From: Klebsormidium nitens
Taxonomy: Eukaryota > Plantae > Klebsormidiophyceae
Direction: 5' to 3'
DNA: 64,000 nucleotides
NCBI GenBank assembly: GCA_000708835.1
Contig: DF237053.1
Span: 124,001-188,000 of the forward strand
Position 1 is the first letter of the stretch; each line of letters opens with the position of its first letter. Below the pieces are notes generated by a model. That model ran no database searches and had not been told where the DNA came from. It was given only the letters and a program-made list of their open reading frames with translations. A program made the translations under genes and the position numbers. Positions 14,059 through 25,627 of this stretch are shown one piece after another.

Positions 14059-17000
14059 ATGTCAAAAGCGGCCAATTTCCAGTACACCAACCCATTGAGC
14101 GAGGACCCCCTACAGTGCTTCAAAGACTGCTTATCAGAGTTCGCCCACCGTCGCAACTCCTGCCCAACGGACCCCTTCGCTTCTCCGCTTGTCTCCCCCG
14201 AAGTTTCCGACTCCAGCACCAACTCTAAGCTCCACAATCACGAGGAGTACCCCCCCCTCTCACCGCGATCGCACTCGCTAACTGCCCAGGTTAGGGCTAA
14301 CCAGGTTTTTGCATTGCAAGAGGGGCTGGAGAGCCAGGGGGCCAGGCGACGGCCGAGGGTTTATAAGGTCAAGTGTGACGAGATCAGGGGGTGGGGATTG
14401 GTGCTTGAGGAGAATGTGTCGCTACTTGATCCTGCTTGTCACCTCGTGGCTGTGAAGAAGGTGGGTTGCATTGCCATTTGGTTGACGCTTATCATTCGAA
14501 AATGATTCTCTGCTTCTAGTTGGGAGAAAGGCTGCTTTAGGGACAGCTTTGCCCGGCCAACTTCACTGTGTGGGGCGTTATCCGCGGTTTTGATCGTAAT
14601 GACGTCTCTTTTCACCAACGAAAATATGTGAACCCTTTTTCTGTTTCTTGATTGCCCACATTCAGCATTTGCCCTTTGAGCCGTCTTACGGCGCAGTATC
14701 TCTTGATGCCTTTGATAAAACTGAGATTGTCCGTTGACACAGTGCCCGTGACTCGAGTTCTATAGTCGGTGTTACTTGGAATCTTTTGCATTTTAGGAGC
14801 AGAGAAACCACCGCCGTCAGCCCCGTCAGCTGGTGAATGCACTATGAATGTTGGGGGATGTTGTAGGATACACCAAGTGGCAATTGCCCCCCAATGGCCT
14901 GAATCATAACACTAACCATCCGGGTTTTGAAGGTACTTCCAGTCTGACCCTCAAGGACATTAGTTGTTGGGCACTTTTTACTTCGCCCAAAGCGAGCCCT
15001 TATAGAGTCCAAGGGCAGACATCACACCTTCCAGAAGAAGCCAATGTATACTTATCTTTGCTCCTGCAAACATTCCTCCAAAGGCATGTTACGAGGTTGA
15101 CAGGACTTTCAAGATCTAGAAAATCCATTTGCGCAAGACTCTTATGTCTTTCATCTCCTTCAGGACGGAAGGCTAGGCTTGCGCAGTGGCCTGGCCCAGG
15201 GCCGTCTACTGCGGTGCAACCCGCAGCTCGAGCTGAGCTTCGTGCGCGGGAACCTGGAGAGTTGGGAGGTCAGTTTCTTCTCAACGTGGTGAAGATTTAT
15301 TTTCGAGACCCAGAGTATTCTTACCTCTTTTGTATGTTCAAAGGCCAGTCCTAATTGTTTGGAGTGTTGCTGGGTCCTTCGTAGGTTTGCAAGAAGTCTG
15401 GGAGCTGGAACGTAGCTCCTTGTTTGGTTACTTTGGGTTTTTCTTTGAGCAGGAGTTCTTCGATTTTGGAATGTCGGTCCGTTTCTGTTCCATTGATGCA
15501 GTCTTTACTTTGTGGGCAATCAGGATTAGTGGTCATCTTGCCTGACTCAGTTTCGGAAAAGGTACAAAGCGAGTGATCTCCAACGTATCACGACATGGGC
15601 ACTTTCCTCTGAAATACTCGTATTCGCAGGGAATGACTCTCTTGATCTACGAGCAATTTCGCGGCTTTTCTGGCCACTCGTACTTGCAGTGGATATCCTT
15701 CCACCAAGGGCAACTTTGATCCGCCGTTTCATTTGATTGTTAGAGTCTTTTGATACTTCTTTTCCGGTAGTAAACGCCATACTCAAAGGGGACATAGAAC
15801 TTTAGCAATCGATTCTCTGGCACGGCCAAAGAGCCTTGTAACCTACCTCTCTCGTCTGCAGGCTTGGAGCCTTCGAGGAGAGACTTTGTCCGATTGCCTG
15901 CTGAAGAATCGCCGCTTCAAGAAGGAGCTGAACGTAAGTGCATTGGTCCCTTTTATTCGTCATCTGATTAACGAGCAGTAGATTGGTTGATCATGTTCAC
16001 ACGTGAACTGTTATGGGAGCGTCTTATGCTAGTTGCAGCATGTAAAGTGCTTCGAGTCCCCATAGTGACGTCAGCTTCTCTCTTACATACATTCTTTCTC
16101 CTTGATGCCATGTTTTTTTTCAAGATTTGGCTGCCAGCAATCTTAACCCTTGATACTCCCACCTTGAGGCTATGTAGTTAGGTAAAAAGGGTTTCAAGTC
16201 ACGAACTTACATTGTTGTCAAATGTATTAAGCAGGTTTTGCAGAGTAATGTGTCTGGTCAGGTTTTTTCTGGTGTTGTAATTGAGCATCCCCGTTAGGAA
16301 GGGAGTTCAGCGGTTTCATCGAGCGGCCAACATGTCCCCTGCAACATGCAGATCAACTTAAGCACAAGTCAACCTTGAAGCAGGCTGCAATAAGCATACA
16401 CTGTTATTTTTCCAAACGCAGGTTTCGATCATGACCATCGGCGAGGTGGTCGACTCCCCCGGGAACGTGCGGTTGACCCACGACGCCGTTCTCGCAGCGG
16501 AGGCGCTCGCATATCCGGGCCCGTACGTGTCTTCCTCAGCCAAAAAGAGCCCCTTCATTTCATCAGGGGGGCTCCAAAACGGGGAGCGGCAGGGGGGGGC
16601 TTCTGGGGTGAGCGAGAAGGTGCGCTTCTTTGATGGGCTGCCAAACGGAAGCGCTGAAGGGAAAAGTGTACACGGGAAAGTGAAAGTGGATAGGGATTTG
16701 GAGGAAGAGATGGATGCGGTGCGGGGAGAATTCGACGGTGCAGAGAGCGCTCTGAGGACGATCGACGGTGCAGAAAGCCTTCTGAGGGAGATCGACGGTG
16801 CAGAGAGCACTCTGAGGACGATCGACGGTGAGGAGCGCGAGTCGAGGGCGATGAACGGCTGCAACGGAGACGAGGTGGGACAGAAAAGTGAGCGGGCGGT
16901 TGGGAACCTCGACGATAACGAAGGGGGCGAACTAGAGCGGGGCTTTGTGGCACGGGAGGAACGCCACGGGCGGAAAGGAAGTCCATATGGCAACGGATTG

Positions 17001-19660
17001 AGTCTGGACAGAGATGAACGGCTTCCGGACGGAAACGGACTGGATGCGGACGGAACGGAACGTCAGCCTGACGAAAAGGAACAGGACCCGGACGGAAGGC
17101 CACGGAAAATGGACGGAAACGGACCCAAGGCGGACGGCTTCAGACCGCATTCGGACGCAATTCTGCGGTGTCCGGATGAGGGCGATGTCGTTCTTTCGGA
17201 CGCTTACCAGCTGGACGGTACTGACAACGAGATTCTTGTGAAAACGGCGCTGGTAGATGGGCCGGTTAGGCGGGAACCGGATGGGATCGGTTCGGACGGC
17301 GGGGTTCAGACAGGGAGCGTTTCGGACAGCGGGGTTCGGACAGGGTTAGGGAGCGGTTTGGACGGTGCGGTTCGGATGGGGTTAGGGAGCGGTTCGGACG
17401 GCGGGGTCCGGACGGGGTTAGGGAATGATTCGGACGGCGGGGTTTGGACAGGGTTAGGGAGCGGTTCGGACGTCCAAACGGGGGGTCGTCGTGGGGAGGG
17501 AATGCGAGCGGGAGCGGAGGCCGTGGAGGAGGTGAGGACTGGAAGCAAAAGCTTTGCGCGAAAAAGTGAGGCTGTGGTGTTAAGGCGGTCGGACTTGCCG
17601 CATACGTGAGTGACAATCTTAATGTCCCAACTTGACTTCGTCCTCACCCGCGGTACAGCGCCCTGCAAAGGAGAAAGTTTGCGGCTAGGGTTTGCTGAAG
17701 GTGACTACTCCGTCTCACACACATGTACTTCTGCCTGCTCTCCATCATCAGCCCGCACTTATGGAAACGTGCAAATAGACGGGGAAGTTGCGCGTCGGCA
17801 GGCTATCAGCGCCACACACATCTGAATCGGGTAACCGTGGATCAGTTTTTCAACTCCCAGTCTTTCACGCGCGCTTAAGGCGTGTTGCCTTTACAAATGA
17901 GCGCCCCAAGAAGTTCTGCTCGAGGTCAGACCGTGGCTGTTAGCGGTCGATCTATTCACGCACACATGTCAATATTCTCGAAGCTTGGTTAAGTCCCTAA
18001 CCTCCACCCTCGATCCGCAACCAAGGCGCCTTGCAGCAAAGAGCGAGCGTCCGACTCCGTGCCGCCGCTTTTACCGGTCGAAGTGTCACTTACACACAAC
18101 AAGAAAAGACATCACTGAGTAACCCTCCTAAAATATGGTCTCACCCTCCACCGATACTCCGCAGTTGTGACGCCTTGGGGCAAAGAATGAGCGCCTGTGC
18201 CGCGAACTTGCGCTCGAGGCCGCGGCCAAAGTTTTTCAGCGTCATTCTCACACGATTTGTTCAAACTCTTATTTAACTTCCTAAACCTCATCATTAACCC
18301 GCAGTTACGGCGCCTTGCGGCCGAGAACGAGCGCCTGCGCCACGAGCTCGCGCTCGAGGTCGAGACCGCGGCATTCCAGCGGTCCGATCTGCTGCGCCAG
18401 CTGGAGAAGGAACGGCACCGGACGGAGCAGCTGCAACTAGAGCTGCAGCAAGCCGGGTCCGGACGGTCCACACCGTCGTCCGCAAGGTACGAACCGTTCG
18501 AATCTAACTGTCAATTCTCCGTGACAAAACAACGTGTTGCTTTCTCACTGTCAGTCCGTCATGGATTGACACGCGGTTTTGCGGTCGCTGCAAACCAGCT
18601 GCCCACATGGGAATATTGATCTGGACCCTTTGGCGTTGATCGGAAAATAAATCGAATTGCCCCATAACTTGGAGAGTTTGTCCTGAATGTGCGTAGCTTG
18701 CGGCGGTCTCTGAGGCATACAAAAGGGCTGGATTAATTTCCGGCAATTGCCCCGCATATCAAGCGCTCTTTCAATTAAGTTTTACGAAAGCTCCTCAAGC
18801 CGTTGATAAGATGCGCACAATTTGGCAGCAAATTCCCTGGCGACGACCTCACGTTCATTCCGCCCCCACGTCTGTGCAGGAGGCGGCTCACCTTCCAGGA
18901 AGACCGGAATAACGCTGCGAGCGTGGCGGAACGGGTGGAGGGCCAGCTGGCGGACGCCGTCGCGAGGCTGAACGGCAGTCGAGAGGTAATTGCCTCTTCA
19001 AGCTGCCGTCAGAAACTTCATGAAAAATTGAATCCGTTCTGGTCGCAGCACGCCTACGGCAGGGAGCGTCCTTTCCGCCGCTTTTCTGCCCTGTCATTGT
19101 CTCCTTGATCCTAGGACAATCGGCTTCCGAACGTGTAATTGTTGACATAAGGGCACTTTTGTTTAGCTTTCCTGCCGTAACGACACCCTGTTCATGTAAG
19201 GACGTTTTTGGTGGTCGGTGGTCATTGTGTTCCCAGGAGCTGTCTGCTCATTCGGATAAAGCATTCTTGCATACAGCGCGTCGAAAGGTTTGTAGTGAAG
19301 TGCCTCAAAGCGGTCTGAGAGAGCTTCTTGTTGCTTATTGCCTCCCCAATCCGTCGGTACCAATTCCTCCCTTCGTTCTGTACATAGGCTGCAATGCTCT
19401 TGAGATTCCGCGACTGAGACGCCCCATCGTCTACCTCAATCACCGACTCCTTTTCGCAGGCTCTTTGCGCAAGGGCAGACAGGGCCACTCAAAGCACCGG
19501 CCAGGAGTCCGTTTCGCCGACGTTCTTGCAGCGCCTCGTAGCGTGGACACGTGTCACGCTCCGGACGTCCCGGACCGTACTGCCCTGGTTCGTCGCGTTC
19601 GGATTGGGCATCTGGCTGACGCGATTGAAAGCCAAGCGGAGACAACGTTTGAATGGCTAG
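14059..19660 (+). CDS. Uncharacterised protein: N-terminal globular region, acidic/Gly-rich repeats, coiled coil, C-terminal TM anchor
   Basis: Phase-compatible exons near 14059-14460, 15162-15269, 15861-15932, 16421-17607, 18304-18487, 18879-18985 and 19460-19660. The last reads ...VLPWFVAFGLGIWLTRLKAKRRQRLNG*, a hydrophobic helix with a basic tail. No family recognised. Confidence 0.6.
16734..16829 (+). repeat. Coding 30-bp tandem repeat x3 (DGAES.LR.I)
   Basis: gacggtgcagagagcgctctgaggacgatc and two variants, in frame. Confidence 0.9.
17290..17480 (+). repeat. Coding tandem repeat, 30-36-bp units x about 5 (GSGSDGGVRTGL)
   Basis: Repeating ggttcggacggcggggt...acagggttagggagc units in the 16431-17609 ORF. 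Confidence 0.9.
17870..18230 (+). repeat. Degenerate intronic copies of the acceptor and 5' end of the exon at 18304
   Basis: Copy at about 18163 gcagttgtgacgccttggggcaaagaatgagcgcctgtgccgcgaacttgcgctcgagg vs real gcagttacggcgccttgcggccgagaacgagcgcctgcgccacgagctcgcgctcgagg. Weaker copies at about 18020 and 17875. Confidence 0.8.
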
Positions 19661-20589
19661 ATAGCTGAAACCAGTGATTATATACGAAATTTTGAGTACG
19701 TGCAATACTTAGTCAAAGCTCTTGAGCGGATACAAGTCAGAAGTTAGTGGGTGCGGTTGTTGGTTGTCAATCGAGGAACCCGCATTACCACTGCTTAAAA
19801 AACTAAGTGATTGATAGAAGAACGATTCGGGCTGGTGGCCCTTGTTTTACTTATACTAGTAGATGTACAGTTGATCTATGCGTAAAAGTGAGTAAGTGGA
19901 GCATTGAGCGGTTCACTCTTTGCAATACATATAGACTTTGTTCTGAACGCGATGTATGTACGAAACATGACAAAGAAGCACCTGTGGATGCACAATCGTC
20001 CACGTACACTGATGTACGACGGTGCGCATCAAAACTAGAGCTGTAGACAATGGACTGGCGCGGCGATGTCAATGAAGATCACTCAGTAAATCCGTATCGG
20101 GATTGAGTGGATGGCCGCGCACCATCGGATGCAAGCGAGTTCTAGTTCGATGTCGTGCACGTACATTTTCGATTCGTTCAACAACTCGCACTGCATCACT
20201 TGCCCATGTGCAATGAGTCGCAATGCAATTAACGCGACAGTTCCTAGATGCTGCACTTGTGCACTAGACAGATTTGCTGAATGGTCTCCCTGCCTGGCAT
20301 CCGACCATATGCATGCACGCAAACTCAACAGAAGCTCAAATGAACTTGCATCCGCATGCCAGTATGTGCCGTTGACCTAGCGTTGGGGCGGAAGGTCCGA
20401 TCGTCCTGATGAGTGCCATGATCGCGTTGAACTCTATTTGACGTCATGCGCTTCAATGAATTTGCATGTGAAGCGCTTCAAGTGTAGAACAGCTAGCTTT
20501 CCGATCGGCCTGGTCGAATTTGAAGGTTTACAAAGAGATTGATATGAGAATACAAAGTCGTGAAATCCCAAAGCTTCGTCCGCTCTACT

Positions 20590-23500
20590 CTACAAAACGT
20601 CATCCGGGAACACTGTTCCGCTAGGGAGCGGCTTGGTTCGTGGGTGCATCGCGGCTATACACAGGGAGTGAGGCAGAAAGAAAAAGAGTCCTAAGAAGAC
20701 AAGAACGCCCAGATCGGCCTCTTCTCCGACCGCGGGTATTCGCGGTACGGACCAGTAGGTCCGCTGTATGCACCAGAGGCAATATAGACTAAGGACGGCT
20801 AAGAGAAAAAGGGCGGCGTGTCGAGTCGGGGGGGTAGGGTTCGTGTTAAAATGTGGGGGAAGTAAGGTCCCGGTGAAGCTTGACCTGCTAAAAGAGGAAC
20901 GCTCAAGTCACGGGTCAGGAAAAGGGATGGCTCCCAATCTCGGCTGAAGGAAGAAGATGCGTAAGCCGGGCTTAGACGAGACGGGCGTCCTCGAAGAGAA
21001 CGGAATCATGAGCTGACGGGTTGAGCGTCGCCAGAACTGAACCAATAAACTCGCATTGGATCGCGAAGAGAGGGCTCATGTATGGGAAGTTTCTGGCTCT
21101 TCATGCCTTTCCCAAAATGAGCCAACAGGACCATTCCCACTCATCCCCACCTCACCAATAGATCCGGGCGATTCCCCAAGCAATGCACAGGAGGGAACTC
21201 TGAGTACGCTCCACAACTTTCAACGGTTGAGAATAACGTATTGAAGTCTTTGACGATCAAAGAGCTGAGAGAAGCGAGAGCAGTAACCTCACGAGAAGTC
21301 TGGAAACGAACAGGAAAAGCTCTAGCGCTGATGCTTCCCCTATAAGGAACGTCTAGAGAAGTATGCAAACTTTCAATCGGCCCCTCACCGGTAGATTCAT
21401 GCAAATCCCCCGAGCAGTGCCCAGGAGAGAGCCTCGACTAGTCTTGCTAAAATTCAAAGGTTGACAACAAGGTGGCGAAGTTCTCAACGATCAGAGGGCT
21501 AAAAGAAGGAAGAACAGTATCCCTCACAAGAAGGCACGAGTACTCTGTCACGAACAGAAAAAGCTCTGGCGCAAGAGCTTCGCCCATAAGGAACGTCATT
21601 TCTCATAACGACGTTCATTAAGAAAACGATGCAATTCCTCAATCCGTCCCTCACCGGTAGATCCACGCGAATTCTTCGAGCAGTGCACAGGAGAGAGCCC
21701 CTGACTACGATCCAGAAATATCGATGGTCGAGAACCAAATTTAAATGCCTTCAAACGGTCAAAGGACTGAGAAATGCAGGGTCAGTATTCCTCACGAGAA
21801 GGCAGGACTACTGTCACGAACAGGAAAACCTCTGGCGCGTGATGCTTCCCCTAAAAGGATCTTCCAGAAAATTATGCTAATCCTTAACCCGCCCCTCACC
21901 GGTCAATCCACGCAAATCCCCCGCTGATTGCACAGGAGAGAGCCCTGACGACGCTTCCTAGAGGGTAACGGCTGACAACAAGGTGTTGGAGACTTTACCG
22001 GTCGAAGCAAGAAAAGTATCCCTCACCAGAAGGAGGGAATACAAGTCACGAACAAAACAGCTCTGGCGCGTAATGCTCACCGGTACATCCACGCGAATCC
22101 CCCGAGCAGTGCACAGGAGAGAGCCCCGACTACAAGCACAGCCGCGACATCGACCGGGGCGTCTGTCTCCCACCACCCGGTGCTTATCACCCACCGCATC
22201 ATGGGGGTGCGGCCCTCCTCCTGCGAACAAACGGTGACGTCATAAGGCGGGCCCATGACGTCGTCTAACATATCTCGCATGGTGATATGTAAGTTCCGAC
22301 CAAATTATCGATATGAAAAGTGTGATCATCCGCCGCATCATGGGAGTGCGGCCCTCCTCCTGCGGCCCTCCTCCTGCAAAGAGACCGTGCCTCTGGAACA
22401 GACGATCTGTACAACTGAGTAGAACCTATTGGACGGCTCACGGTTGGCCTCTTCAAGCCGCCCTCTGAATCCGGTCTCACTGGTGTGCTACTCACCCACC
22501 GCATCAAGGGAGTGCGGCCCTCCTCCTGCGGACCAGACATGACGTCACAAGGCGGGCCCATGACGTGGGGCGGTCTCGAAGCATACTCCCTGAGCCTTCT
22601 GCGTTCTTCGATTGTTGTGCGTTCTTCGATCCACCCCCGCCGCTTTTCGCCTGGCTTTCGCTCGACCGTTCCGCAGCGCACTCTCAATCGGTTTCCGGAA
22701 CCCATATCATGTACAAATTCTGAGCGTTTCCAGGCCTCTTCCCAGACATCCGCGATCCGTCTCTCTGAGCTTCTTTCGACTCTAGCGTGCCGGTCCAAAG
22801 CTCTCCACAACGACACCGTAGCTTTGTTCCCAATGGAATTGGCTCCACTTTCTCCTTGATTTATCCCGGAATTTCTTCGATGGCAAAAGCAGTTGAATGC
22901 AAGCAATCATCCTCATGAGGGAAGTGATCATTATACCATTGACATGACATGCAATTCAAAAAGGTTGTAGTCCGCATGTGTCAGCATGACAGAAGCTCCA
23001 CTCTTGCGATGTTGCCAAAGCGCTGCTTCGTGGCTTGCTTGGGAGTTTGTTGAGCGTTGCTGCATTTAGTTGCGCTGCTACCATCTGCTTATGAAATGAA
23101 GACTGTAGCTTATAGGTGCAGTAACGGGGGGGCGACCAGCTGGCAGGAACGCCGAGGATGACGGGGCAGGGAAGGGGGATTCGCAAAGGACGACAAAAGG
23201 GAGACAAGTTCGAAGTAGCAGAAGAATTGCATGGGAAAGAACAAATCAGGTTCCAAGAAAGCAGGTGCCCACCTCAAATAGGTTGTCTAAGAAAAAGTGG
23301 GAGATGCCCCCCGCCACGACCAGAAGGGAGCACTGTCGAAAATTGAGAGGAGCCTGCAACAATCAGTGAAAAATAGATTGTCTGAACCTGGACAGCGAGG
23401 CTGGCTTTAACCAGACGGAATTTTTTGGGCCACTGAAGATTCCCAATTGGGGAGACTGATGCCCCTCAACCGAAACCCAGCTGTGGACGATAGTAGTTGA

Positions 23501-24412
23501 GATACTTGAAGGTTCCGCTTTCAGAAACAGGTCAAGAAGGATATGATTGACTTCAAGGAGTGAGAGCCAGGTTTTGCATCACAGAAGTCGAGCTAAGACA
23601 GCCAATCAACAAAAGGGCTTTCGTCTACCAACCCAGAATCCACTAAAACATGGAAATTTTCGAAGGCAAGTGAGCACGACAGAAGAAGACCTGACCTTCT
23701 GAAATGATCGGCCAATCAAAGCAGGGAGACGAGCGGGATAAGAGAACGTCTCACGTTTTGAATAGATTAGCTAACCAAAGACAGGGCGTTTCTTCAGAGA
23801 TCTGACCGGTGTCCAATCACCTCTCTCACAAGCTTCCGCACCACCGAACTCTTCAGAAATCCTAGCGGCGCCCCCAAAACAGTTGCATACCCCAGCGCAC
23901 AATGAACTGACCGCATCAAATAGCTGCACAAATGAGGAGTTGTCTACTGTTTTGAAAATTGCAATGCTCACCTCTCTCACAAGCCCCCTGGTAACCCAAC
24001 TTTACACAAACCCCAGCGGCGCTCTAATAGAATTGCCTACCCCAGCGGGTCATGAACCGAAGTCATCACGCGGCCGCACTTAGAAAAATTGGTCCAGCCT
24101 TTTGTAAACAGCAAAGCTTACCTCTCTTACAAGCCTCCACGTAACCCGACTGTACGCAAACCCCAGCGGAGCCCCCATAAGGATCGCATACCCCAGCGGA
24201 TCGTGCACCAAACGCATCACAACAGCTGCGGCCTTTTCTCCTGCCCCAGATGTCATTGCGAGCCACTCGCAAAAGGACCCAATGTCGGGCCCAAAGAAGC
24301 CATTCAGGGCGTATATAAGGGCATGGGCGGGGGAGAACCTATGGTCGGACAGGTGCATAAGGCCGAGGGATGTGCCGAGGCAGTAGCCTAAATGGGCGCC
24401 CGGGCCGGGCAT
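20590..24412 (-). CDS. Conserved plant multi-pass membrane protein of unknown function (MPGPGxH family), 4 exons
   Basis: Exons 24412-24122 (MPGPGAH...ALNGFFGPDIGSFCEWL), 23353-23273 (RQCSLLVVAGGISHFFLDNLFE), 22220-22081 (EEGRTPMMRWVISTGWW) and 20884-20590 (SLYCLWC...PAVGEEADLGVLVFL...LPHSLC). All are phase-compatible GT-AG junctions and match my recollection of an uncharacterised land-plant family. Confidence 0.85.
21380..22560 (-). repeat. Degenerate tandem copies of both ends of exon 3 of the 20590-24412 gene
   Basis: 3' end plus donor (ggctctctcctgtgcactgctcgggggattcgcgtggatgtaccg|gtgag) is copied at about 21900, 21655 and 21388. Acceptor plus 5' end (cag|gaggagggccgcac) is copied at about 22525 and 22375. 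Confidence 0.9.
23812..24070 (-). repeat. Two degenerate intronic copies of the last ~100 nt and donor of exon 1 of the 20590-24412 gene
   Basis: On the + strand, real gcaaagcttacctctcttacaagcctccacgtaacccgactgtacgcaaaccccagcgg... vs copy gcaatgctcacctctctcacaagccccctggtaacccaactttacacaaaccccagcgg... at about 23960, and a more diverged copy at about 23812. Confidence 0.85.
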
Positions 24413-25627
24413 CACTTTTTCAGGGGGTGAGGTGGGCTTAAGATCGGTTAAGATTTCTGGATCCTTCTATGGTAGAATATATGGTGAAGCTCTGACCGGA
24501 ATGTGCTCAAGGGAATGTGCTTGGAGGAGAGCTGATTGACGGTTGAGGGCTCTCATGACGGGTCGAAAAGTGCTCAGTTTTTGAAGCCTCTTGATCCAAA
24601 AGTGGTTCTAGGTTTGCAGAACTGGGGCACTAGTACTAGATAAATGCATGTGGGTAGGAGCTGAATGTGTGCGCATCCAGACTACGGCGCCTTGATTGTG
24701 ACTTCATTTTCAAAGGTGCATTGTTTTGCCACTACTTCCAAGAATCCTTGTAAAGTCATTCGGCAATCTCTGTCCTTTTTGGGTTCAATAGAATGGTGGA
24801 TTGTGCCTCAGGAGCCCACCATTTCTCCTCTGATTTCATGACCGGCAGCATTTTGTAGCTCAAGCCTGAGAGTGCTCCACACCACTGTTCCATCATGCGG
24901 TTTTGCTCACAATACCTGATCATGCTTTTACATACTCATTCGCCTTCCACTCCCGTGTCGTGACGTAAAAGTTACTTCTACCGGTGCCCATTTTTTATAC
25001 CACCACTTTTATCAAGCCTGCAATCAAGTTCAGGTGGCCTGTCTGGCCGAATGTGCTGCAATCAGCTTTTGTTCGCAATCCTTCCCCGTATTGATGCTGG
25101 TTTTTCAGCCTCGCTGCTTGCATCCCCTAAGTGAGTCAGAATTTTGTGAATGCGGCCCATGGCGCCAACTGCTTGAACGGGCGTCGCCCTGTTCCAGTAT
25201 GCGCCAATTGATGCGAATGAAGGACTAATTGAAGTGGCCTTCTGAAGGATGAAGATGGCACCAAGGAGAGGGGGATCCCTGAACAGGTTAGTAGGAGCTA
25301 TTTTGGGTTAATATCTTTCCAAGGTCTGTTCCCGAGTCGATCCCCGCGCTAGGTTAAATAACACTAACCATTAGCCGCGTATGATCAACACTGGCAGACT
25401 GCATACTGTTCCAGCTTGGACATCCCTGAACATGCACAATCTGGGGCACAATCCAGAGGCTGAGAAGGGGGATGGCCGCTGCGACTGTAAGCGTCTTCTG
25501 ACATAGCGGTGCATCGAGGGGAGACCTAGCTGGCCCCTCTTGCTTGTAGCAGAGAAGCATCCTGCATCGTCAGAAACATTTTGAACAGCGGCGGACGTTA
25601 GTCTATTCTGGTGCCAGCCAAGTAAAC

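Noticed and set aside
19800-20500. TGCA/CATG-rich intergenic patches (also about 30.7-31.1 kb and 47.4-47.9 kb) as a methylation-decay signature
   Set aside because: CG dinucleotides are still present and I cannot quantify the bias by eye.
22265-22906. 213-aa minus-strand ORF as retroelement gag
   Set aside because: It lies in intron 2 of the membrane-protein gene; its only recognisable part is the exon-3 echo.
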